54,410 nt of DNA from IMG/VR virus record IMGVR_UViG_3300038824_000003, positions 1 through 54,410 of that record; one strand, given 5' to 3'. Below the pieces are notes generated by a model. The model was not told the origin of the DNA. It worked only from the letters and a program-made list of their open reading frames with translations, and made no database searches. A program made the translations under genes and the position numbers. Source of the DNA: a virus. Its lineage: Duplodnaviria; Caudoviricetes. Positions 8,878 through 17,132 of this stretch are shown here, piece by piece; positions within the stretch are counted from its first letter, which is position 1, and every line of letters starts with the position of its first letter.

Positions 8878-8905
8878 ATCGGGTGGTTTCCGCCGCGCAA
8901 TTCTG

Positions 8906-9028
8906 ATGATAAACGTCACCGGCGAACCATTGGATGATCCGGTGTACGAGTTCCAGACCGTCGATGATATTCTGCGGCTGGTGGGGTTGGTGGCTATTTA
9001 TGCCCGGATGGAAAACGACGGTGAGTAA
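8906..9028 (+). pseudogene. 3' half of the IscB-interrupted gene
   Basis: MINVTGEPLDDPVYEFQTVDDILRLVGLVAIYARMENDGE starts at the first base after the inferred element end. Confidence 0.65.
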
Positions 9029-9170
9029 GCGCGGTATCCGCCGGGCATTGTGGGAGATGCAGCACCTGCCGGAGGATCAGCCAGCATCGCTGCGTAGCCG
9101 GTTGCTGTGGTGGATCGGGGTGCTGCTTGTGGTGTTGGTTGTCATCCTGCGCGTGCGTGGGGTGTTGTGA
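9021..9170 (+). CDS. Small membrane protein
   Basis: GTG at 9021; 49 aa with C-terminal hydrophobic LLWWIGVLLVVLVVIL. Confidence 0.55.
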   Translation: MSKRGIRRALWEMQHLPEDQPASLRSRLLWWIGVLLVVLVVILRVRGVL

Positions 9171-9268
9171 AAAAAAGACCGGAGGTGTCACAACCACCAT
9201 CCGGCAGCGTGGGGGAATAACCAAACCCACGCTATCCTATATACTAACGAGAGATGAAAGGAATAACC

Positions 9269-10069
9269 ATGAAGATTATCACTGTGACAAATCGCAAGGG
9301 CGGTGTCGGTAAAACGACAATGGCCGTGCATATCGCTGCCGGGCTGGCAAATCGGGGGCTGAACGTGGGCCTGATCGATACTGACTCGCAGGGGCACGCC
9401 GCGCTCTTCCTGGACATGGAAGAAGAGAACGGGCTGTTCCAGACCCTGATCGAAAAGCAGCCGTTGGAAGAAGTGGTGCGGATCGTGCCGCCGGGACACT
9501 ACACGCTCAACCCGGATGAGGCGACCGGCAATCTGTTCTTGCTGCCATCGAGCGAGAAGACGTACAAAATCCCGTATGAACTGGATGCTGAAGATGCGTT
9601 CGCGTTCCTGGAAATGGCTGAGGATTTCGCCGCGAAAGCCAACCTGGACGTGATCGTGATTGACACTAATCCCACGCTGAGCATGTTCGATGGGGCGGTG
9701 TACATGGCGACGGATGGCTTCATTTACGTGACGGAGTGCGAGGCACTGTCGTTCGATGGTATTGCGAAGGCTACCGAGCAAGTTGCCAATCTCAGCCGCC
9801 AGCGCAGACGCTACCTGCAACGTGAGACGCGCATCCTGGGGGTGATCCCCAACAAGCTGAAGGCCAACACCGTGCTGCACCGCAAGAACATTGCGGAACT
9901 GGCGCAGACCTATACGGACATTGTCTGGTCGCCGATCACGCACCGCATTGCATGGGCCGAGTCTGCCCAGGCTCACCGCACCGTTTATGTCTATGCGCCT
10001 GATGAACAGGAAGCAACCGATGCCAACATGCTGGCCGATAATACGTTAAAGGCAATCCAGTCATGGTAA
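9269..10069 (+). CDS. parA: ParA family partition ATPase
   Basis: Deviant Walker A KGGVGKTT, IDTDSQG, IVIDTNP, ILGVIPN; AAGGA RBS. Confidence 0.93.
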   Translation: MKIITVTNRKGGVGKTTMAVHIAAGLANRGLNVGLIDTDSQGHAALFLDMEEENGLFQTLIEKQPLEEVVRIVPPGHYTLNPDEATGNLFLLPSSEKTYKIPYELDAEDAFAFLEMAEDFAAKANLDVIVIDTNPTLSMFDGAVYMATDGFIYVTECEALSFDGIAKATEQVANLSRQRRRYLQRETRILGVIPNKLKANTVLHRKNIAELAQTYTDIVWSPITHRIAWAESAQAHRTVYVYAPDEQEATDANMLADNTLKAIQSW

Positions 10070-10830
10070 GTAAGCACGACAAGCTGGATGGTAAATCTGC
10101 TTTTGGGGCTACTGGTGGCAAGAAACGGCCATCGCTGGCGGAGATGATGGGATCGCTCACTGGTGAGTCGGACGATGAGCCGGAAGTCATCCGCGAAACG
10201 GTCACGGAATATGTTGAGGTTGTCCCGGATGATGCCCTGGTTCCGCGTGCGGATGGCGCTATCCTGGCAAAAGGATTCGTGCTCCAGCGTGGCATCGGGT
10301 TGCAAATGGATGAGAGTGCCACGCCTGATGATTGGTTCCGACTTGGTGAGCAGTTGTTCTCCATTGAAGGCAATCTGCAATTGTTCATTGGGGACTGGCT
10401 GAATATCGGCGAATGGCATTACAACCAGACCTATCGCGATATGGCTGAAAAGTTTGATCGGGAAATCAAGACGCTGCGAAATTGGAAATATGTGTGCGCC
10501 AGCGTGGACTTGTCCTTACGTAAGGACAACCTCGATTTTGGGCATTACAATCTGGTGGCCGGAATGGATGCCCACAATCAGCAGCGGTGGCTGGATGCAG
10601 CCAGCGAGGGGGATGGCAGTCGCCGGTGGTCGGTGCGCGAACTGCGTGCGCGTATCAAAGCGGATCAGCAGCCCCCTACCCTACCGGCAGATCATGATCC
10701 CGTTGTGCAATTTCAGACAGAAATCGAGAAGTTGCAGCAGAAAATCAAGAAGTGGGAGCAACTCGAAGCCGGTCAGCGTCAACAATTTGCAGAACTACTG
10801 CGTAATTGGGCTAACGAACTCGACCAGTAG
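10063..10830 (+). CDS. LmbU-like DNA-binding protein, probable ParA partner
   Basis: Overlaps the parA stop. W..LGEQL...LQLFIGDWL..GE..Y...Y, KTLRNWKYV, LDFGHY..VA and WSVRELR resemble the LmbU family. Confidence 0.65.
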   Translation: MVSKHDKLDGKSAFGATGGKKRPSLAEMMGSLTGESDDEPEVIRETVTEYVEVVPDDALVPRADGAILAKGFVLQRGIGLQMDESATPDDWFRLGEQLFSIEGNLQLFIGDWLNIGEWHYNQTYRDMAEKFDREIKTLRNWKYVCASVDLSLRKDNLDFGHYNLVAGMDAHNQQRWLDAASEGDGSRRWSVRELRARIKADQQPPTLPADHDPVVQFQTEIEKLQQKIKKWEQLEAGQRQQFAELLRNWANELDQ

Positions 10831-10924
10831 GGTAGGGCGCGAAGAGCGTGAAGTGATGGCGCAGAAATTGGAAAGCCTGGCAAAGCAGTTGCGCTCTTTG
10901 GGATAAATTTGGGAAATAGGAAAG

Positions 10925-12442
10925 ATGAACATTGACACTACCGGCAAACTGCATATGGGTATCACCGACCTGCTGGGCGAGTCGGTGGCGGTGCTGGGCA
11001 TCAAGGGCAGCGGCAAGTCGAACACGACCGCTGCGCTCTGTGAAGAGATGCTCAGTGCCGGGCTGCCGATGGTGATCGTGGACATCGCAGGGGAATACTG
11101 GGGCCTGAAGGAACGCTATCAAATCCTGGTCGCGGGTAAGTCCTCAAATGTTGACCTGGAGGTTGACGTGGATGGCGCGGCGGCGCTGGCAGCGTATTCG
11201 CTGCAAAACAAAGTACCGACGATCCTCGACCTTTCCGGCTGGCGGCGTTCAGAGCGGATGCCGGTTGTGAGCGCGTATCTCGAAACACTGTGGGATTTGG
11301 CCGGTGACCTGCGGCGTCCCTATCACATCATCCTGGAAGAAGCTCATAACTTCATCCCACAGAGCGGCAATACCGATGTCAGTGAAATCCTGGTGATGAT
11401 CGCGACTGAGGGCCGTAAGCGTGGCCTGGGCATCGTAATGGTGGGCCAGCGATCTGCCCGGATTGACAAAGATGTGCTCAGTCAGGCTGGTATCCTGATG
11501 CTGCACCGCGTGCGCCATCCGGCGGATGTGGGCGTCTACCAGGACATCCTACCCGCAGAGCGCAAATGGGTTAAAGCGGAGACGGCCAAACTGTCAACCG
11601 GCGAGGCGCTGGTGCTTTTTGGCGATGACGTTATCCGGGCAGCAATCCGCAAGCGGCATACGTATCACGCGGGGTATACGCCGGGGCTGGATGAGACCGA
11701 AGCGCCGGCGTTGCGGCGGGTCGATGACGCGATGCTATCGGAACTACGCGACGCCCTGAAAAGCCGGGCGCAATCCGGTGAAACGGGGATTACGGCGGCG
11801 GAAAAGCGGATCGAGGCACTGGAAGGCATCATCGAAGAAAAGGATGCCGAAATCGCAGGATTGCAAAAAGACCTCGATAGCGCACTGGCCCAGGTGCGGA
11901 TGTTGTCGCGGTTGAAAGTGATCGACGAGCGCCCGCGATCAGAGGCGGTGCAGATGGCGCTGCCGAGCATGGCAGTCCAGCAGGCCGATGTTGCCCAGGT
12001 CAGGTTGAATGGGATGGTGGCAGCGCCGGTGGCAGAAGCCGTCGCGGAAGTAGAGTTGGAAACTGACACACAGCCTACAACGGCAGAACCCTATCGCAGC
12101 GAGTTGGCGGTCACACGGGCGTACAATGCCCAGGAACGGCAGTTCAACCGCTTCCTGCTGAAGTTGCAGACACTGCCCGCGCATCATTTGAAGATGCTGC
12201 AATATCTGACACACAGCGGGGCGTGGATGACGGAGCCGGAATTAATCGCGAAACTGGGTTACAGCGCATCGACGGTGGAGCGCAACCGTCCCGGTTGGCT
12301 GCGGCAGGAAGGCGTGCTTGTCATGCGCGGCAAGCGTGGGCATACAAAGGAATGGCGCTCGCGGCTGGCAGCGTACCTGGTGCAGATCGCGCCGGATCAT
12401 GAAGTGCGTGGGTTGATCGATCAGGTTATGAAGTTGAGGTAA
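10925..12442 (+). CDS. HerA/FtsK-like (DUF87) ATPase with coiled coil and C-terminal wHTH-like domain
   Basis: GIKGSGKS, IVDIAGEY, ILEEAHNF and EGRKRGLGIVMVGQRSA motifs. Confidence 0.85.
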   Translation: MNIDTTGKLHMGITDLLGESVAVLGIKGSGKSNTTAALCEEMLSAGLPMVIVDIAGEYWGLKERYQILVAGKSSNVDLEVDVDGAAALAAYSLQNKVPTILDLSGWRRSERMPVVSAYLETLWDLAGDLRRPYHIILEEAHNFIPQSGNTDVSEILVMIATEGRKRGLGIVMVGQRSARIDKDVLSQAGILMLHRVRHPADVGVYQDILPAERKWVKAETAKLSTGEALVLFGDDVIRAAIRKRHTYHAGYTPGLDETEAPALRRVDDAMLSELRDALKSRAQSGETGITAAEKRIEALEGIIEEKDAEIAGLQKDLDSALAQVRMLSRLKVIDERPRSEAVQMALPSMAVQQADVAQVRLNGMVAAPVAEAVAEVELETDTQPTTAEPYRSELAVTRAYNAQERQFNRFLLKLQTLPAHHLKMLQYLTHSGAWMTEPELIAKLGYSASTVERNRPGWLRQEGVLVMRGKRGHTKEWRSRLAAYLVQIAPDHEVRGLIDQVMKLR

Positions 12443-12445
12443 GGG

Positions 12446-12904
12446 TTATTTTCTTTGTAGCACCATGCGCCCGGCAGCAGCATCCCACACGCTGAGCCAG
12501 GGCGCTTTCCCCCTTTTCATCGCATAGGCATAGATTGCCGCAGTTCTGAGGCTTTTGCCATTCCAGACGCACATAACGTGATCGGCCTGTTCGACCATGA
12601 AGTGGTCGCGTTTGGTGTAGCTACGCACGTCCAATTGCAGGTGCGATAGTGACCGGCCTACGACTCCGTGCCGGGGCCAATCTGACAGGCCAACGGTCAG
12701 GAGCGGGATATTGCGCCCCCACGCTTCGCGGGCTGCCCAGTGATCGACGCCGGGGGCATCGCCCGCGATTAACGACCACCCCCATTCACCGGCACGCTCT
12801 ACCAGCGCTTCGACATGCCAGCTTACGATTGTGGGCAGTGGGGTGCTGCCGGTGTAGGTATCATCATGCCAATGGCGACTGCCGGAGATCAGCAGGGTGG
12901 GCAT
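12446..12904 (-). CDS. SLOG/YspA-like protein
   Basis: ISGSR, AGDAPGVD, RDHFMV..AD..CVWNGKS..T pattern of SLOG nucleotide-binding proteins. Confidence 0.75.
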   Translation of the reverse strand: MPTLLISGSRHWHDDTYTGSTPLPTIVSWHVEALVERAGEWGWSLIAGDAPGVDHWAAREAWGRNIPLLTVGLSDWPRHGVVGRSLSHLQLDVRSYTKRDHFMVEQADHVMCVWNGKSLRTAAIYAYAMKRGKAPWLSVWDAAAGRMVLQRK

Positions 12905-12991
12905 TGCAATAGCTCCCTCAACTGCAATTCGGAATGCAAGTGCATGTTATCACATGCACAATAGAACTCTATCAGAATTGCTACCGAGGGA

Positions 12992-13020
12992 TTGATACAG
13001 GCGCACAGATTTGCTATAGT
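12992..13020 (+). promoter_or_regulatory. Sigma70-type promoter with extended -10
   Basis: TTGATA-17-TATAGT with TG at the extended position. Confidence 0.65.
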
Positions 13021-13092
13021 GAGGTTGTGTGAAGTGGAAACACTGGACTATCCAAATTGCGTATGTGGGCATCCCTGCGCTGCCCACGATAT

Positions 13093-13179
13093 GGCCTCTG
13101 TACCCGGAATTGATTAGTTCGGTGGCGTTTATCCTAAATGGTCGGGGCCGGGACCGGGGTTCGACTCCCTACAGAGGCT
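13093..13179 (+). ncRNA. tRNA-like RNA 1 (acceptor stem and T-arm, non-canonical interior)
   Basis: GGCCTCTG/CAGAGGCT stem and CGGGG-TTCGACT-CCCTA T-arm. No canonical D-loop or anticodon loop; no CCA. Confidence 0.55.
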
Positions 13180-13252
13180 ACTGGACATGATTGTAGGCCC
13201 ATACCTCCATGTCTCCGATTTATGGTACGCCCGCACGAGCGTATCGTGCAAT

Positions 13253-13296
13253 TCAGACCGATGGGCTTACGCGGGTTCAACTCCCGCCGGTCTGAC
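13253..13296 (+). ncRNA. tRNA-like minihelix RNA 2
   Basis: TCAGACCG/CGGTCTGA stem stacked on a perfect T-arm GCGGG-TTCAACT-CCCGC; only 10 nt replace the D and anticodon arms. Confidence 0.6.
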
Positions 13297-13379
13297 ATAC
13301 AACGTTGATTTTAGATTGCAGTGCCAGGACGCCTGCCGGGTTGATCGCCGGTGGGCGTTTTGGTAGGTAGGAGGATGCG

Positions 13380-13796
13380 ATGAACCGGCAGCAGCGGCGC
13401 AAACAGCGCAAGATCGAGCAGCAGATCGTGAAAGAAACAGCGGCACGCCAGCCGGATAAGCTGTCGCCGGTTGATCCGGCTGAATGGCCGGTGCAGCATG
13501 ACCGGATGATCGCGGTCTGGGCAAGTAAACAGTACCTGGTGCAGGTGTATGCCGAAGACGATGGGGTGACGCGCATCAGCATCTGCCGGGCAAAGCGGAC
13601 AGCCAACGGACAGTGGGCGGATAGGCTGACCTGGGACACGTTGCAGCAGATCAAAGCGGATGTGGGGTTTGCGGATCGCTGTGCGGTCGAGGTGTATCCG
13701 GCTGAACAGGATGTCGTCAATGTCGCCAACTTCCGGCATCTGTGGGTGCTGCCGGTGGGTATGACAGTGGGGTGGTTGTATGATGGGAAAAGATGA
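13380..13796 (+). CDS. Conserved phage protein of unknown function
   Basis: TWDTLQQIK...AVEVYPA..DVVNVANFRHLWVLP is a motif I recognise from other phages; GGAGG RBS. Confidence 0.8.
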   Translation: MNRQQRRKQRKIEQQIVKETAARQPDKLSPVDPAEWPVQHDRMIAVWASKQYLVQVYAEDDGVTRISICRAKRTANGQWADRLTWDTLQQIKADVGFADRCAVEVYPAEQDVVNVANFRHLWVLPVGMTVGWLYDGKR

Positions 13797-14040
13797 AATC
13801 CTGAAGCGATGTGAAGCGGTAATTTATCGCACTGAAGCTGAGCTTGAGCGTCGTATTAAACATATGGAAACGATGTCGGCTGCTGAGCATCACCCGGATT
13901 TGCACAATGCGGTGCTTAACAGTTTCCGTGCTGAACTTGCTGCGATGGAGAAGTTACGCCAGGCTGTGATGGACTGGCGTTCGGAAATCAAGAGTAATGA
14001 TGCGCAGGGCGGTGACGGACTGGCGTGGAACGATATTTGA
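13783..14040 (+). CDS. Hypothetical protein
   Basis: Helical 85 aa ORF overlapping the upstream stop. Confidence 0.6.
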   Translation: MGKDEILKRCEAVIYRTEAELERRIKHMETMSAAEHHPDLHNAVLNSFRAELAAMEKLRQAVMDWRSEIKSNDAQGGDGLAWNDI

Positions 14041-14050
14041 GATGGGTGGG

Positions 14051-14270
14051 ATGGCGAGCGATAGCGATTTCAGCCCGCAGCAGTTTTCAGATGCCGACTT
14101 GCTACACGAGTTGATTGATGAGTGGGACGAAATCGATTTTATGAATCGTGAAGTGGCCCTATGGGGGGGGGCGCAAAAAGCAAGCAGATATTAAAAGGTC
14201 GCTCGATGCCCATCGTAATCGCTTCGATGCAATCTGGGCAGAGGCGCTGCGCCGGATGAAAGGTAAATAA
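14051..14270 (+). pseudogene. Small gene frameshifted at a G9 tract
   Basis: With G8 instead of G9 (14163-14171) the ORF continues RKKQADIKRSLDAHRNRFDAIWAEALRRMKGK to a TAA overlapping the next ATG (TAATG, 14268-14272). Confidence 0.6.
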
Positions 14271-14545
14271 TGAACGAAAAGCATAAACACCCAAAACGAC
14301 GCTATCACATGACCCTAGAATTAGGTGCTGACGATATGGAAGAGCTAATTCGGGCGATCGATGATTTCAGTTTGCAACTATCACTGTATCGCAAAGAGCT
14401 TGCTGAGGATTATGTCAGCGTATCCGGAGGCCCACATAGTGGGTATTCGGTGCGAATTGATTTCGATTCAGAAATGACGCACGAGCGATACCATGAGGCG
14501 ATTCGACAATGGATTGCAGAGCGGGATAATTTCTCAGAACATTGA
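14270..14545 (+). CDS. Hypothetical protein
   Basis: 91 aa ORF, TAATG-coupled start. Confidence 0.65.
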   Translation: MNEKHKHPKRRYHMTLELGADDMEELIRAIDDFSLQLSLYRKELAEDYVSVSGGPHSGYSVRIDFDSEMTHERYHEAIRQWIAERDNFSEH

Positions 14546-15556
14546 CTGCTGTTTGGCTTCGCGCTGGACTTCGCCCAGGCGCTCGACCGCGATGTAGCGC
14601 CCGTAAGGATCGCGCTCATCCATCGCGATCCGGGCCAGCACCTCAACGGCGATGTGCCGGTGGCAGAAAGCCCCTTCAGCGCAGTAGCACTTCAATACCA
14701 CGCTATCACGCTGGAGCAGTTTCCGCAACGGTTGCGGATTTCGCAGCCATCGCAGCCGCAACAACCCCAGATATCGGTCAACGTATTCGGCGTCAGTCAA
14801 CCGGCTCTCTTTATGACCCATGACCATATCCCAGGTAGGAGCCAGGAACCGGCCCGCATCGCTGTCAGCGGATTTGACGGTGATGTTGAGCGCGTCCTCG
14901 TGTGGTACGCCCATCTGCGCTGTGCCAACCTGGAGGATATGCGGGACGAATTTGGCTGGATCGCCCCAACGGTGGTTGACGCCTGCCAGCGCCTGTTTGT
15001 AGGTATCAATCGTGCGCTCTTCCGGCGGTATCCAGGGCATCCCCAGCAGCCTGAAATAGGCGGACTCATCCGGCACGTATAGCTTCTGGTCTTTGTGCCA
15101 GAGATAGCCATCGCGACTGTCCAGACCGGAACGACGTTTGATGGCTGTTTGCAGGTAGGTGTTGGCGCGGCCCTCGCGGTCGTTATCCGGGCCGGTTCGC
15201 AGCCAGAAGATACGCCCGCGATTCCACAGATCGACCAGCGATAATTCGACCAGCACACCATCATAGAGGAAGCCGCGCAGCTTCTGCCCCCAGCGCGTCA
15301 TCCGCTTCTCGCCGTAGGTGGCTTTCGTGATGGTGCGCTCATCCACCAGCCGGTTGAGCAGCCGCAGCAGCGGGTTATCCAGGCTGGCCGGATCGCCGGA
15401 GGGCAGGGCGACCAGTTCGATGTCGCCCACGTCGGGCCGCCCACGCCGGAGCGAACCAGCAACTTCGATCCAGACACAGGCGGGGGCCAACATCTCGATC
15501 AGGGTGTTGGCGATGGGTAGGGCGTCTTCGCGTTTGATCCTTTTTGTGCTGCTCAT
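14534..15556 (-). CDS. Minimal PolX-family nucleotidyltransferase fused to a DUF488-like domain
   Basis: AGSLRRGRPDVGDIELV, LRTGP and DESAYFRLLGMPWIPPEER (PolX palm/thumb). C-terminal LAPTW...Y..RY...LKCYC....CHRHI is DUF488-type. Confidence 0.8.
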   Translation of the reverse strand: MSSTKRIKREDALPIANTLIEMLAPACVWIEVAGSLRRGRPDVGDIELVALPSGDPASLDNPLLRLLNRLVDERTITKATYGEKRMTRWGQKLRGFLYDGVLVELSLVDLWNRGRIFWLRTGPDNDREGRANTYLQTAIKRRSGLDSRDGYLWHKDQKLYVPDESAYFRLLGMPWIPPEERTIDTYKQALAGVNHRWGDPAKFVPHILQVGTAQMGVPHEDALNITVKSADSDAGRFLAPTWDMVMGHKESRLTDAEYVDRYLGLLRLRWLRNPQPLRKLLQRDSVVLKCYCAEGAFCHRHIAVEVLARIAMDERDPYGRYIAVERLGEVQREAKQQSMF

Positions 15557-15687
15557 GATTTCCCCCTGACGGCAAATAATTCTGCCAGCAACGTGGCATT
15601 TGCCGCGTGCTCATGTAGCCAGCGCAAAATGCCAGCCTGTATAGCGTCTATTTCAGCGTCATGATTTTGAATTTGGACGATATTCAT
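15553..15687 (-). CDS. Small hypothetical protein
   Basis: ATG at 15687 with GGAG; stop overlaps the PolX start (ATGA). Confidence 0.5.
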   Translation of the reverse strand: MNIVQIQNHDAEIDAIQAGILRWLHEHAANATLLAELFAVRGKS

Positions 15688-15763
15688 CAGGTACTCCGTG
15701 CATTGTGGGGGGGGTATGCGGTCACACATACCCCCATTGTAATCGCGGGTGATATGACCAGCG

Positions 15764-16009
15764 TTAGCGTGCTTGGTTGGCTTTTTGCTGGTCTGCAATA
15801 TCGCGCCGGAATTGTTCCAACGTAACGCCATTCATGTTGCCCTGGAAGATGCGATACACATCTTCAACTGCGGGTTGATAGCCGGTGGGCAGTGGTGGGC
15901 CATAGATAGCCCGACACGCTGCTTCAACCATGTGACGGTATTCGCGGTGACGGTATTCGCGATCTTCCTGCGGGCCATGCAGGTACGTGGCCTGTCCGTT
16001 ATCGTTCAT
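15764..16009 (-). CDS. Hypothetical protein
   Basis: 81 aa, TGATG-coupled. Contains an exact 15-bp tandem duplication (15932-15961, REYRH twice). Confidence 0.65.
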   Translation of the reverse strand: MNDNGQATYLHGPQEDREYRHREYRHMVEAACRAIYGPPLPTGYQPAVEDVYRIFQGNMNGVTLEQFRRDIADQQKANQAR

Positions 16010-16236
16010 CAGGACACCCCGGTCAGCTTACTGAGGACGGCGGTGCGGACATCCTGGACGAATTCGCGCTGGATGTTTTCAGCCTGCAACATGCGATTGG
16101 TAGTGATCGCTTCGGTTGTGCGCCGGAACAGTGCGCGGTTGCCATCCTGGTTGATGGTATTGATGATGGCTTGGGCCGTGTCGTTGACGAGACGATGATA
16201 CGACTCGGGGTGCATTGCTGATGCAATGTAAAGCAT
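16009..16236 (-). CDS. Hypothetical protein
   Basis: ATG at 16236 behind GGAG. Confidence 0.6.
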   Translation of the reverse strand: MLYIASAMHPESYHRLVNDTAQAIINTINQDGNRALFRRTTEAITTNRMLQAENIQREFVQDVRTAVLSKLTGVS

Positions 16237-16341
16237 GGTATGATCTCCGTTAGGTGACAGAATGTCTTCGGATATTCCGCTTGCGGGGGTGTTGGTAGCA
16301 CCTCCGTTTGCGTTATTGCACCGGCACACTGGCCGGTTGGC

Positions 16342-16824
16342 TTATGCCTCTTCGTTGCGCGGTCGTCCCTGTCCGCGTTTTTTTGCCGCGAACTCGTCCA
16401 ACTGTGCCTTTGTGAAATACAGCGAGTTGCCAACCATCTGGCCGGTGATGTTACCGGCCCGAAATACATGGTACTTGAACGAGTCCAGGCTCATGCCCAG
16501 GTACTCAGCCGCTTCCGCAGTGGAAAACAGGCGTTCATTCACACCCGTCACCTGGAAAATTGTGTGGCTGAAGTAGTTGTCGAGCAGAACGATTACGTCG
16601 CTGGCAGCCTGGTCGCCGGTATATGCCAGGCCGTCATTTGCGCTATGGAACATATCGCTGTTGGCGACAATTTCGTTCATCGCGCCCGGCACATAATGCT
16701 CTTCGCGCTCCAACTGCTGGATCAGCACCAGAGCGGCCCGTTTGACGTGGGGATCATCACCATCACCGGCAATACGCTTGAGCGCGTCAGCGACGGTCTG
16801 ACGGTCTAAGAAAATCTCGTGCAT
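16342..16824 (-). CDS. HTH_17 (excisionase/MerR-like) DNA-binding protein with AT-hook-like tail
   Basis: LFSTAEAAEYLGMS...YHV...FTKAQLDEF, then GQGRPR; ATG at 16824 with GGAGG. Confidence 0.75.
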   Translation of the reverse strand: MHEIFLDRQTVADALKRIAGDGDDPHVKRAALVLIQQLEREEHYVPGAMNEIVANSDMFHSANDGLAYTGDQAASDVIVLLDNYFSHTIFQVTGVNERLFSTAEAAEYLGMSLDSFKYHVFRAGNITGQMVGNSLYFTKAQLDEFAAKKRGQGRPRNEEA

Positions 16825-16838
16825 TGCAACCTCCGTAA

Positions 16839-16900
16839 ACTTACACTCTGTAGTTAGCATACACCTGTTTTACATGGCTGTAAATACTTACACTCTGTAG
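16839..16900 (-). promoter_or_regulatory. Promoter flanked by two 15-bp direct-repeat operators
   Basis: ACTTACACTCTGTAG at 16839-16853 and 16886-16900 brackets minus-strand TTTACA-17-TATGCT (16884-16856). Confidence 0.65.
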
Positions 16901-17132
16901 GTAGTGTGAGATTTACGCAATCTTCATTTTTGGGCCGGACGGCAGCGCGGGCGGCCCACGCACGCACCCGAACTACAAAAAACCGATGTTTGTATTTTGC
17001 CGGTTTACACCGCGCTAGCACTACCGTTCTGTTCACAAGCATAACGGCCCGGCTGTAATGTTCCGTAGTTGTCGTGCAAGTCGGACATCTGCCAGTGCCC
17101 CCTAGCGGTTAGGGGTTCCCTCAATAATGTGG

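Larger units (their letters stand above)
7313..8905 (+). mobile_element. Non-autonomous IS200/IS605-superfamily IscB (OMEGA) element
   Basis: Identical subterminal hairpins CCACCCGATAAATCGGGTGG at 7321-7340 and 8867-8886. Begins GTCAAC and is followed by ATGA. No target duplication and no tnpA seen. Confidence 0.88.

Noticed and set aside
10925-12904. HerA plus SLOG as a two-gene defence system
   Set aside because: The genes are convergent rather than co-transcribed, and no Sir2 or nuclease partner is present.
13093-13296. Canonical tRNA genes or tmRNA
   Set aside because: No proper D-arm or anticodon loop, no CCA, and no tag reading frame of tmRNA length; reported as tRNA-like instead.
16342-16824. 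Excisionase implying an integration module
   Set aside because: The HTH_17 fold is shared by many regulators, and no integrase or att-like context is nearby.
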